Shown here in pieces: positions 1 to 64,000 of a stretch of DNA of 64,000 bases. Every line of letters begins with the position of its first letter. Position 1 is the first letter of the stretch. This stretch comes from Nageia nagi. Lineage: Eukaryota > Plantae > Pinophyta. Below the pieces are notes generated by a model, which searched no databases, was not told the DNA's origin, and saw nothing but the letters and a program-made list of their open reading frames with translations. The position numbers and the translations under genes were made by a program. The stretch covers positions 101,432,001 to 101,496,000 of the forward strand of contig JBITNC010000001.1 in the NCBI GenBank assembly GCA_050084985.1, read 5' to 3'.

Positions 1-609
1 AGTTGGGGTTTTGGGGTCAACTAAGTGAAATGAGAAAATGATCTAGGGTTTTGGATTTTTATGCAGTTTCAAACATCCATAAAATAGTAGTTGAAAATGG
101 TCTATCATTACATATTCTTGTTATGAATGACCTAATAGACATTTATCAAATAGTAGTTGAAAATGGTCTTTCATCACATTTTCATCTATCAAACACTATT
201 TGAAAATGGGTTTTCATGGAATGTTGTTTTAATCTATCAAACACTAGCTGAAAATGACATGCATGCAAAATATCCATTCTATTTGACAAGAGTCATGGTG
301 CAAATGTAAATCCATCGGCTGTAATTCATACAAATACAAAAAAAGGAGTTTTAAGTGCTTACTTTTACAGCTAAGGTAGATTTCAAAGCAAGAAATACTG
401 CAACAAGAAGGTTCTTCAGAGCTCCACTAACTGGGGTTTCAAGGTCAACTGAGTGGAATGGGAGAATGGACTAAGGTTTTGGAGGTTATACATGGTTTCA
501 AACGAGCTCGTCAACTTGCATTAATTAAACATAGTAGACGTCCAAAAAGTTGGTTACCTCAGGCAATGTGGCCCGCTTACTTTTAAAAAAAAAATTGGTC
601 TGCAGACTT

Positions 610-1075
610 GCGATACTAATATTGCATTTTAGTTTCATGAATTGTCGTAATTTTTCCACTTGACATATTCATAAAACTAATGCGACATTTTAGTTTCGTG
701 AATATGTTGTAGAGTTTTTTTTTTTAAACTTAGGTTTACATATTCGTGAAACTAATAAAACATATTAATTTAGTGAATATGACATTATTTTAGCGATTAT
801 GTTGCAAAGATTTTTATTTTTTTAAATTAGGTCAACATATTCGTAAAACTAACATGACGGATTGGTTTCGTGAATCTATAAACCTGGATTTCATGGCAAA
901 AATTGTGTCACATTCGCGAAACTAAAATGTAGCATTAGTTTCTGGAATATGTACCGATTTGAAAAATTAGAGTGCATATTTGCGAAATAAAAATGTAGTT
1001 TTAGCGTCACAACTATGCAACCAACTTTTTTTTTGACAGATTTGCTTGTATAGATTAGTTTCGCGAATATGCATA
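610..1075. repeat. Array of ~6 short inverted-repeat units (CATATTCGYGAAACTAA ... TTAGTTTCGYGAATATG), probably the subterminal region of a DNA transposon
   Basis: Motif or its reverse complement at ~664/690, 739/769, 836/862, 910/936, 976/1000 and 1056; a direct repeat 1-75 vs ~430-503 lies upstream. Confidence 0.65.
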
Positions 1076-2457
1076 GATGGTCACCGAAAAGCGGACGAGG
1101 CCCATAGAAATTTCCAATAGATGTGTTAGAATATCAAAAACCACACAAGATTTTCAAGTTGTTAGGGGGGCGAAAAGTCCCTTAGCTAGACAATACTATA
1201 AACTCTAAACTATGGAATAAGTTCAAGAATGATTTTAATGACCACAAGTACCTGCAATAACCTTGTGTTGTGGTTTGTTGTGTGTAGTAATTAGATTCGT
1301 TCTCTCTAACGAGATTTCATGCCTTTAAACTTCTCTCTTTCGAAGTTCCAACCACTCACGTAACTGGTTTAAATATTTGTATCGTTCAACAACACCTTAT
1401 TTAATTATGTTTTTGGAGCTATGCCTCTTCCCTCTTGCACCATATCATGACTTAAGCAAGCTATCTCTTGCATTCACATGTCCTTTTATTAGTAATATTT
1501 AAAAACAAATTATGATGCTTTGAATGGAATAAAATATTATAGTCCAACAAACCTGACTTGCTAATGATGGCAAATTACCGATATGATACGCAACATGCAT
1601 AAGAGCAATTATAGGGAGATAAAACTTTTAATCTGGCGAAAGGAATAAGAATTGTAGTGAAAGACTCAAATCAAGAAACCTAATGCATTCACATAATAGA
1701 CATGAAATTGTGAATATGAAAAAGTAAGAATAAATCCACTAATTTGTATTATAGACATACTTGAATGTAATATGAATAATATTATGTAACATGATATTTA
1801 ATATGCAATCCTAAACAATTTTATTATGACGTGGAGTTTGTATTTAGTTGTTTCAGTTGTAGTTGTAGTTCTAGTTGTATTTATATACATGTACATTTAT
1901 ATTTGTTACTTTTTTATAAATAATAGATCATATAGTTTTTTAATTTTATTACAACCAACTAATTGTTTAACATTTCATAAGTGAGATTTCACCTCTCCAC
2001 CTTCACCCTATAGGGTGCCTCTCAATGTAATAACTTCATCTTTGATTGATTTTTTGTTCATAAATATTTAATCAAATTGTTGCAAAAGCATAACCCATTT
2101 AGCAACTACTTGAAAGATAAGGTTTAGATGACATGTCCCTATTGTGCAATGATATTAGTTGTTATGTGTTATTCATATCTAATGTGTTAATTGTTTAGTT
2201 GCAAAAATAATAGCAAAATACAACTTTTCAATTCATGTACATTTAATCTTCCAATCAATTAAATTTTTACTATGTAATAGATAACCTTTTCCTTGTCAAT
2301 ACCATATTTTTTACAAGCATCACATGTAAAGCACATGAAGTAATTGATACATACAAATATAATGGTCTATCTACTTGCAATAATGTTAGTGTAAAAGAAT
2401 TCAATATATATTTTATGACTGAATATAAAACTATTTGACATTTATCATTCCATTTAA

Positions 2458-2603
2458 CTTTAACATTTTTTAAGTAAATAAATGCAAAGAATACACTTCT
2501 CTTACCTCGAAAACTTTGTAATTACTTCAACTTTAATATTTTTTAAGTAAATAAATGCAAAGAATACACTTCTCTTACCTTGAAAACTTTGTAATTACTT
2601 CAA
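2458..2603. repeat. Tandem duplication, 2 x 73 bp
   Basis: CTTTAAYATTTTTTAAGTAAATAAATGCAAAGAATACACTTCTCTTACCTYGAAAACTTTGTAATTACTTCAA occurs twice, nearly identical. Confidence 0.9.
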
Positions 2604-3503
2604 TTTTTTGGAGGTGGTATTTCTGGAATAACTTCTTGTAACCAATAAAACCTAAAATATTACTTATGGATATTATAAATATGCACTTTTGTGACCCAAG
2701 GTTTACTTTATATTATCTTAATCTTTTGAAAAACTTTAGTGAATCATATAAATGGTCTTGTCTTTCTATTTGACAAGTAGATCGTTAATACATATCTCAA
2801 TGGTATAATGTATCATATTATGGAACACAATGACCAAGATCATTGATAAATTTCTTATACATTTTTAAGAACCAAAAATGTGACAACAAAACAAAACATA
2901 CTTCAAAAGGAGATAAAAATGTTGGTTTTCAAGATTAATACAAATCTGATTATATCTATAATAGAACATCAACAGAAGATAATATTTCATATCCAATAGT
3001 AGAATAAACAATGATATCAATGCTAAATAATAGAAAATTATTTTTTAAACAGATTTTAACAATATTGTAACACACAATCATATCTAAATCTCATCATTTG
3101 TGTATGATGTTATATATCCATAGAGTATAATATATTTTTCTAATAAATTTTGCGTTACAATATTTTTCAATTTCTTTTAAAAGTGTCTTACGATGTATTT
3201 TTTAAATTTTTTCTTGATAGATTTAACATCTTTATGAATAATAGAGTAATGAATAATGAAGCTAATATTAAAAATAAACATATCAGCATATATCTATACA
3301 AAAAATAGTAACAAATTCAACAAATAAAGTACTATTCTTGACCAAACACTAATTTTTATTGATTTAAAATTTTTTTATCATTTCTATGTTAACAACATCA
3401 ATATTTTCATCAAACAACATAAAAACATCATAAAATACAAATTAGAAAGTAAATCTAAACTTTTGATACTATTATTAAGCTATTTTTCTCCTGTACTAGT
3501 ATT

Positions 3504-3689
3504 AGCTCATTATTAGTGCTTTTATTAAATAAATGGTAGCCAAAAAAAACAACGATAAAAATTCTTTTCATGGTGGAAAAGATCAAAATTTTAACTAGCT
3601 CATTGCTAGTACTTTTATTAAATAAATGGTAGCCAAAAAAACCAACAATAAAAACTCTTTTCATGGTGGAAAAGATCAAAATTTTAACT
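3504..3689. repeat. Tandem duplication, 2 x ~93 bp
   Basis: AGCTCATT...TTTCATGGTGGAAAAGATCAAAATTTTAACT repeated; explains the repeated peptide in ORF 3455..3679. Confidence 0.9.
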
Positions 3690-5278
3690 TCCCACCTAGG
3701 AATTCAATGATGGCAAAGATATATCAGCTTGCATTGTGTAATTATAATAATTTAAAAAGATGGACCACAATAATAGTTAAAAAATGGATACTTCATTTTA
3801 ATATCAAATGCATGGAGTTCAAATGGGTTTTCTTTTTTATATATATATGAAACCACTCTTGCGAACCAATTTTTTGGAATTAGATTCCGTGTCTCAAGGG
3901 TTCTCTTCCGTCAAAGTCAACCCGAAGTCGCATTTGACCTTATCCAAACCAACATGGTCACCCATCGGTTGAGCTTAGCATATCCATATGATGTGAGGGG
4001 GGAGAGTTTTGAACCTGAGAATTTTATCTTCCCACTCCTCTCCAACTCCCCTCACATTATTGGATGTTCAAATGAGTTTTGTTAATTAAATGTGAAAATG
4101 TTATTGAGATTTCAAATAGGCTTTTTGTACCATGCCAGGTGAAAGCTTATGGCTAGAAGAAGTGCTAGGGATTTATTAGAATAGGGCATGGATTGGATTG
4201 ATGATTTATGCTATTACGCGAACAAAGATGATCTCATCCTTTCGAAAATTTACATACGTTCATTGGAATATCTTTGTCATCCCTTGGAATTCATATTGCA
4301 GAACATTAAGCTGTAGTCATTAAATATCATGGAATCAACATCTGCTTTCTCTTTATTGGTATGTGGTTACAGCATATCAACACTCCTGTCATGCATTTCT
4401 CATTTTGAAAAGAGGATGGTTGTTGATTCTCTGCTTCTGTTTAGTTTTTAATAAAAACTTTTTATTTATGTTACTGCAAGGAGTGTAATACCAACAAAAT
4501 TTCATTCAAATTTCTTTGGGCTGGCATGAAGAACATAGCCAAATTCGTGGTCAAATATTCCTTCAAGCAAAGAAATGTTGCAGCAAGCAATTGCAATCTT
4601 TATCACTCTTCCTACATAAACAAAAACCGGTCCTTGCGCACTTCACAAAGTGCACGCTAGGATTCTACACCAAATATAGGTTACAAGGAGGCTATTCCTA
4701 AACATGAAACACTAGAATTTCCAGAATCACGCACCCCCATCTTAGCATATGATGTTATGGAATTAAGAATAAAATAATGCATTCCTTTCAGTCATGGGTT
4801 CTGCAGCTTAAGAATCATGAGTCCATGTCCGTCTGTATCCACTATTATATGCTCAACGGTAGTATTCAAATCCTGCACAATGTTTATGGCTACCAATGCG
4901 CTTTTTATACAAGCAGAGGCCTCCAGATTCCACAATGTTGACTGTCAAAGCTCCAATGCCGAGTCTGAATTTGACTACATTGATTAGTGTAAAAGATACT
5001 CCAGTTTTATTGGATACCATGAAGTCAGATGGCAAAATACAGTGCTTAAGACTTGATTCCTACTTGCAGAAACCATTATAAAGGTTTTCCTTTTCATTGA
5101 ATTATAGTGTCAAACAATTTGAGATTTCACCTTCCTGCATGCGAAGGAGCAAAGCCAAAGTGCATTGTTTGAAAAGAATAATATACAATGTTTTACCCTT
5201 CCAAAAGGTAAGAACACTGCAAAATTTTATGCAGGAAAATATCTCCGTTGTCCTGCACCTGATTCATATTATTTGCAT

Positions 5279-57089
<51,811 letters not shown>

Positions 57090-57091
57090 GG

Positions 57092-60000
57092 CTGCAAGCA
57101 TGAAAATTTGTTGTAACACTTATCAATGGTATTTTGGAAGCCAAGTAGAATCCTGAAGCAAAGATAATAAAAGATATGAAATGCCAACATAGAGAGAAGA
57201 ATAGATAAAGAACAACTTTTAAATATAAAAGACCTGCAATATGATCCAAAAATGTCCATGGGCAAGAAATTAGCAGTTTACTTCAAAAACTAATTTAAAA
57301 ACTCACACAAAAATAGCATAAAATTCTATTTCCAAACATCCATAGTTTTCCTCGCTAAACACAATAAATCCCAATTAAATAGTGTAGACCATTGATGGAA
57401 AACTTGCCGGTTACTTGCGAGGAATCACAAGAAATCGCAAATTTCTCAAAAAATGAGTAACTTGTTAAAAAACTCGCCGATGAGTTGCGACAAGTTTCAC
57501 CATGGATTTCAAGCTTTTCAATTTAAAAGTTCACCATCAATTTGAAATGTTCGAGGTGTTCTCGTCGATTTTTCACTGAATTTTTGCCTATTAATCTCCG
57601 AATCGTCATGCTCTTGTGACATTAATGAAAGTTGACATCTGATAGCCTAAGCTTGTTGTTTCAAACATTTTGCAGGTGATAAGATTTCAATCCTAAAATC
57701 AGATTTTTTTCACACACATAGCAAAGGAAATTGTCAAGAGAAAAAGCCCCAAATTCGTCTCTAGCACCCCCTTGACACCTATAGATGCACAAGCTAATGC
57801 CAAAGCAAATGGGATCATAGCTAAACCGAAAAGAAATTTGATGTTCAAGCAATAAACTCAAAATCTCAACCCTTCATTTGGGGATGGTGATTTATGGCTG
57901 TGGCCAACAAAATAAATAAACATCAAGCAGCAGCCTTCAAATCCCCCACCACCATTCAGGGATAATTGTTTAATTGCTACAAGTCATTAGAATATCGAAA
58001 ATAAATGGCAGCTGCTCATATAGGTGGAAGGAACTTAGTTTGCAACCCCCTGGATTTTCAACTGTGTAATCATGGAGAATCAAAAATAGTAAAAGGGCAC
58101 CTTCCCACCATCACTTCTTGCTCATCACAGCAGCAGCAATGGCAGTTTCATTTTTTGTACTATCGAAACTTGAAACTAGTTTTGCAGTTTTAGAATGTGT
58201 TCATCCCCTTACAGTATTTTGGCCTATGAGTCTCTATGTAGATTAGAATTTTCACATCTCTATGATCCAAATGACTTCTACATGTATAAACAGTCAACTC
58301 ATATGGTTCATCAACGTTAACTTGGTAACCTAGTGTGACAATATCAGCTGTCGGATTTTAATTTTGTGGCAAATTTCTATGTGAAAGCCATATGACTGTA
58401 ATATTTTGAACTCAATAAAGCAAATGTGATTATATGACCTGGTAGTTGTCCTCCTCACGTTAATGTTTCATTTGTTTTAGGTTTTGGCTTTGTGGCTCCA
58501 CTCTTTGTCTAATGCTCTGAATTGAGTTTCATGAATCCGTAATGCTAGACTTGCTGCTTATTTGGGTTAAATTTATTTACAAAGAGAATCATTTTTACTC
58601 CCTGATGCATTGTATTTTAAACTATTTCTTGCACCCTTTTGCTGCCATCCTCTTTCTTGTGAATGTGTTAGGATAGGAGTAGTTTAAATGAGAATCATCT
58701 CTTTTGAGAAGCTATCTCAGTGACCACACCAGGTCCCCATGAAACATTTGCTTGTTGTGAATCCTTAAAGGCTTAAACAGATTCACCCATCAACACAGAC
58801 ATTGTACATTCATCTTCAACAAACCGTTTTAATGCTCAGCTCTTATTGTCAAAAATATTATTCTAAATTTAGTTCATTATTGATGAAAATAAGAATTGCA
58901 GTTTTGGATGTTATTAAGTGACGACATGACAATTTAAAATAATTGGTCATACAATCGAAAGTCCTTCATAATTGTTTGATAACTTAAGTGCCTCATGATT
59001 ATATTATTATGTTATGTACCATACCAGTCCTAAGAGGAAAAACACAACAATATTGACAAAAACTATGTGCTATGCACAGTATCATTTCTTTTTCTTTTCA
59101 TTTCATTTATAATGTTAATTTGGTTAATATTTTATGTCATCAATGTGAAATTAGTGAGGATTGCATAAACATAACATTATGCCATTATCTGCTGAGTGAA
59201 AAATTGGCCTTTATGTCATTGATGTGGATTTAGTAAGTATTGCATAAAAATAATATTATCTCCACAGTTTGTACACCAAGTCCAAGTGAAACATAGGCTC
59301 AAACTTTTGCAGTTGCCTAGAAAGGTTTCAAAACCTGAGATAACATAGTTTCCTGAGGGGACATAGCTGTTGGAGCTTGGTTTTCTATGTTGGGAGTTCC
59401 TTTATTCAAGGCTTAGAAGCTTAAGTGGGTTGAGACAGTGCTGAACTAGGATTCAACCCTTGGAATTTTTATTTTCCAATTGCATGCAGTCCAACACTCC
59501 TTGGAAGATTCCTCTGATTTCTCAGGTTAAACCTCCAGATGGGTTTTGACTCTGAACTTATCAGCTATGAGATGGAACTCCCAAATTTTACAACCCAAAA
59601 TGTGTGTTCAGCAAATCAATGTACAACACATGCTGTTAATACAATTTGTTTTCCACTTGGATATCAATATACTTTTTCAGTTCTTAGGCAATATCTATAT
59701 CGATATATAAATTTTTGACGGTAAGAAAAAAAAATCAGGGATCTCAACTCATACAAGAATTTTAAGTGTAGAATGCTTAGACACAACAAAATCCTGGGCT
59801 TGTAAGACAAAAGTTGCCACAAGGCTACCAAGAAGTTTGAACCTAGCTTTTGTACATCATTTCAAAAGAAATACAACTTATTATACTGCTCAAGCCACTT
59901 ACAAGAAATATCAAAGAGGATATTGCAGAATAACATCAGTTGCTTTTCAGGAGTATTCCTACCTCATGGAACATTTTTGGATGAACTTGTGTGGCCTCTT

Positions 60001-62071
60001 GCCTTGCACCATGGTCTACTCCACAGCAGCTACAGCTGAAAGAGCTGCTTCTACGTGAAGAGAACTCATTTAAATACACAACACTAAAATGCCTAAAGGA
60101 CTCATCAAAAAAAAGAATTGCAGTTAATGTAGCATAAGCTTTAATCCAACAAATTTTCCAAGTGAAAGTCACAATATGAGTCTACAGGCAGGGCAATAAC
60201 TGTAAAGATTTGAAACCTTCAATGCATTATAGGATTTAACAATTAGTTAATTTCTTTATTTTAACAAAAATGAGAGTCTTATTATTCCTTTCGAATAGGA
60301 CATCCCTGTGCAGAAAATAACTAATTATTTTTGTTTATGATTGCTATATAAGCCATCCTCATTTTGAAAGACACGAATGAATGCCAAGTATTTGTTCTAG
60401 TTTGTACACAGTCAACTAAATACCTCTTACATTGTTGTTTCAAATTTTAAATCCCCATTAGCAAGCTAAACTTATGTGCAGAGTAGAAGTCTATAAAGAG
60501 AGAGAATTTTTAAATAGCAGTGATTGCCCCATCTCTAAAAGGTATAGTAATTAAACTTACACTCAGTAAAAGCTCGGTAAGCCTTTGGCTCAATAAAAAT
60601 TCAGAATTCGGAAAAATCCAGGTATAAACTCAGAAAAAACTCATGAGTCAAATACAAAATCGGTAAAAACATCATCAAAACTCAATCAACATCAAAGACT
60701 TGTAAGTTGAATGTGTATACTCATTTTCATTGACTTGGCAAGATTACACTTGAGTACTCGCCAAACTTGAAGAGTTTGACTACTATGCTAAAAAGGACCT
60801 TAAAGGTAATAGTTGCAGAATCCTCAAGGTAATAACTAATAAATATGGTCATTGAGGTTGAGCTAGAGGGATGATTGGATTTTGGGTGTGTCATTACACA
60901 ATCTACGACTCTGTTTCCAACAGCATATACTATATGAAACCATGCATTCAACTGAATTCTTCATGTCATGGTAAGCTCCTTCATGTACAGGTAAGCATAG
61001 TAGTATGGTCAAAACACTCCATAAAACTCATCTTCAATGTGACTTTGGATGCTTGAAAGTTCAGTAAAGCGTGTCATTCTTCAAGAATAAAATTGAAAAT
61101 GAGTTCTAGATATTGAAGAGTCTAAACCTTTGTTACTTTGAAGTTGATGTTGAATTAAACAACTTTTGATCAATTCATCCTTCTGATGATCAAATAACGT
61201 CCTCAAGGATTTGCTCCAACCTTCTGATGAATTAAACAATATCCTCCTGCAAATTATTGCAATCAGTTCTTAGGCAAATTCATGTGACTTGAACTTTGAA
61301 ACAATTTTGCCAGCCAAAGTTAAAGAATATAATCCAAAAACTTGGCAAGAAACTAAACAATAGAATGGTAAACTAGCTGGATGAATGCGGTTGAATTCTC
61401 ATTTTTAATCATTAGCCCAAACTTGGTGATAACTTTCCAAACACCTGACTATGCTAGTTTTTCCTTACTGCAAAGTCTAAGGTAGGAGCTCTTCACCACA
61501 AGTTAACCAAATGTTGACTCAAACCACTGGATTCGGACACATTATGAAACTCCATAGTCAATAAAAATGTTGATCCTAATTTCCGAACATGTTGATTCTG
61601 CAAGCTTTTCCATGAAGGCAAATTCTGAGTAACAGGCTATCATCTGAGTAAATGCCAATTCAAACCTATTAAAACCTATGGACCATCTAAAACTTGAACC
61701 TAGGACCTCCTGTTAACTAGAACAGATGTTCTACCCCTGAGCTACCAGACCTCTTGCATTAGTATTTTTCCTGGAGTGTGGATTGACCTCCAACAAAACC
61801 AACTACCTCATACAGACCTAAAAGTAAACATTAAATTAGTATGAGTTAGTTCTATTAGTTTTCGCACAGATGCTAACCCAATCTATATAGTGCTGGGCCT
61901 TTTCCAAGAATTCATAATCTGTAAACATTACTACTGTTTAAGATCTCCACTACTTGTCAAATCAGACATACCAAAATAGGTCCATACTTTATAATCGTAC
62001 CTATATTCTTCAATTAAATCTTTTTTGTGGCTTTCTGCTAGATTTGTTTTGAAAATAACAGATTGGATTAC
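57092..62071 (-). other. Putative 5'UTR intron (~5 kb) of the kinase gene
   Basis: Strong acceptor TTTCATGCTTGCAG ends 2 nt before the ATG; best nearby upstream donor is AAG|GTAATC at 62071. The donor assignment is inference. Confidence 0.45.
61590..61795 (-). mobile_element. ~200-bp TGTTG...CAACA-bounded element containing a tRNA-derived cloverleaf (61685-61750) with Pol III A and B boxes
   Basis: rc reads GGTAGCTCAGGGGTAGAACATCTGTTCTAGTTAACAGGAGGTCCTAGGTTCAAGTTTTAG: D-arm, 5-bp anticodon stem CTGTT/AACAG, T-arm with GGTTCAA; left end uncertain. Confidence 0.6.
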
Positions 62072-62699
62072 CTTCTCCTTTTCCTAAAATTATTTGCACA
62101 CCCCAAACAGCTGTTGTTTTGTAAATTTAGACCAACTAGGACTTTAGCCTAGGACATCTTGGAAACCGCCACAGGCAATAAACACTGAGGTACTATCACT
62201 CTCATGCATCAACATTTTTTAGAGTGCATGACATTAAGTTTATCCCCCACTCAAATTGTGCAGTTGCCAGTTTAATCATGAAACTTTGTTAGTCTCACTT
62301 CCCTTCTTGTAAAATTTCTGCAGAAATGGCAGTCGTTGAAAGCAAAATGAAAACACACAAACACCCGGAACATTTTAAAGATAACAAGCAAGCTAATTGC
62401 AGACCATGCCCTTAACTCATTTCTCGTGTTCAAAGATTCAAAAACCTATCAAAGAGGGAAATCCCACAAAAAACTCCATTAATCTTAAATACTAACTACA
62501 AAACTATAATCATAATTCAACATAACAATACAAAACTATACCCAAAAGGGTAAACCCACAAAAGCATTGCCCTAATTTTACAAAACATCACAAAATTAGA
62601 CTCAAAATTCAACAAAATAACATACTCTTCGACTTCAAGGAGGTGTAGGAAGTGAATTGTGGCATCCTGCTTCATTCCTCTAATCATTCATTCAATCAT

Positions 62700-62900
62700 G
62701 GCCTACTCTTTTGCACGAGTCACTCATGTTGCTTCCTTCGCCCGCCTTTTGTTTGCCACAGCCCACCAGCTCCAAACTTAGTCAAATTGATGATACATTC
62801 GATAACTGGGCGTCTGAATTGAATAGTCTTAATTGAATTTTTTAGTGGCACGGAGGGGATGTATTCAAATGTCAAACCCACCGCAACATCGGGATGGCAT
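62700..62900 (-). promoter_or_regulatory. Possible proximal promoter with W-box / TGAC cores
   Basis: TTGACT on the minus strand at ~62780, TGAC cores at ~62718 and ~62871, upstream of the putative first non-coding exon. Short motifs, weak evidence. Confidence 0.25.
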
Positions 62901-63237
62901 GAAAACGAAATTGTTGTATATAGCCTGACATTCTGGAAAGCCACTTGTAAATTTGTAATACTGGGGAACTTTTATGGTATCCAGCACCAATGTTCCGTTA
63001 AAAAGCCTCCTCTTCCTTTACTGAACTGACATGTGAAAAGGACCAAAACAAGCTTCGCAGAGTGGAATGCAATGTGAAATGAAGCTCGGATGAACTCGAA
63101 GGACACCAGACAAATTAGTAGATGTGATGGAAGAATCAGATAACCAGATTTAATTATTTGTTTAATATATATTTGGTGTATTATGTTTAGGTGCATAGAT
63201 AAAGTTATTTGAGATTTGAAGTTATTTATCTCTTTGG

Positions 63238-63700
63238 ATAAAGTCATTCAAGATTTTAAATTATATATAATTTTATTTTAAAGCGATAAATTAGGAGATG
63301 TGATGAAAGTATAAGTTAATGTTTGACTAGTATGGTGTATTATGTTTTAGTCTTTCATTTTCTATATTTTTGTAGAGGTGTCTTTTTCGTTAAAGTCATT
63401 CAAGATTTTACTTTACAGAGATAAAGAAGGAGATGTGATAGAAGTATAAGATAATATAATTTATCGTTTTTCTATAGTTTGATTAGCATATTTATGATGA
63501 AAATATAAGATAATTTGATTATAAGTCATCGAAGATTTTACTTTGGAGAGAAATATTAAGCAATGTGATAGAAGTATAAGATAGTTTGATTTGTTGTTTT
63601 TCTACGATTTGATTAGCATACTTATGATGGAAATATAAGATAATTTGACTTTTACTTTGGAGAGATAAATTGGGAGATGTGATGGAAGAATAAGATTTTT
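63238..63700. repeat. Degenerate tandem repeat, ~4 units of ~125-150 bp
   Basis: AAGTCATTCAAGATTTTA...GGAGATGTGATRGAAGTATAAG recurs at ~63241, 63392, 63523, 63650. Confidence 0.75.
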
Positions 63701-64000
63701 AGTCACCCTAAGATTTTAAGCTCTCACATTTGAGAGGTTTCAACAACCTTACTTACCAACTCCTTTAGTGGGCATTCACACTTCCTATATTTTAATGTAT
63801 GGATTACATTAGAAAATTATAGGTTTATCATTCAACAATAAAGTATTGGTTGAATGGTTGAAACATTTAAGTGATTAAGGTTTAAATTTTGATGGGATTC
63901 AAAGATGATAATATTGAAATCAATTATGGTGATATCATCATAAAATTGATAAATACCAAATCAAATTGATAATAATAGTGTTTGATGATGTTAATGTTGA

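Noticed and set aside
610-1075. CRISPR-like repeat/spacer appearance
   Set aside because: Repeats are degenerate and alternate in orientation, spacers are low-complexity, there are no cas genes, and the context is a eukaryotic spliced gene.
3455-3850. Small ORFs with an internally repeated peptide
   Set aside because: Explained by a 93-bp tandem DNA duplication in AT-rich intergenic sequence.
57380-61460. hAT-like subterminal motifs (CTCGCCGA / ACTCGG) at ~57400-57600 and ~60560-60780
   Set aside because: No TIR pair or TSD could be delimited.
61685-61752. Functional tRNA gene
   Set aside because: 6-nt anticodon loop, mismatched D and T stems, and no pairing acceptor stem; treated as a tRNA-derived repeat.

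Overview
AT-rich plant nuclear DNA. The very long, TE-filled introns suggest a gymnosperm-type genome (inference). One intact protein-coding gene spans most of the window on the minus strand: a CRPK1-like (At1g16670-type) receptor-like cytoplasmic Ser/Thr RD kinase. It has six coding exons (57089-57008, 56751-56636, 25723-25513, 25302-25065, 15338-15188, 5677-5279), all with GT-AG introns, giving 1197 nt / 398 aa over about 52 kb, plus a probable ~5 kb 5'UTR intron. Introns 2 (30.9 kb), 4 (9.7 kb) and 5 (9.5 kb) contain nested, decayed transposons: chromovirus-type Gypsy, Tat/Ogre-type Gypsy, Copia, two hAT elements with 8-bp TSDs, and at least six solo LTRs with 5-bp TSDs. The most unusual items are: (i) an ORF1-only 'half-L1'-like LINE with poly(A) tail and TSD in sense orientation in the last intron; (ii) two 5' halves of the same Copia family fused tail-to-tail, forming a fold-back in the pre-mRNA; (iii) giant solo LTRs carrying internal ~183-bp / ~365-bp satellite arrays; (iv) a ~200-bp TGTTG...CAACA element carrying a tRNA-like cloverleaf with Pol III A/B boxes. 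No prokaryotic features, CRISPR arrays or functional RNA genes are supported.
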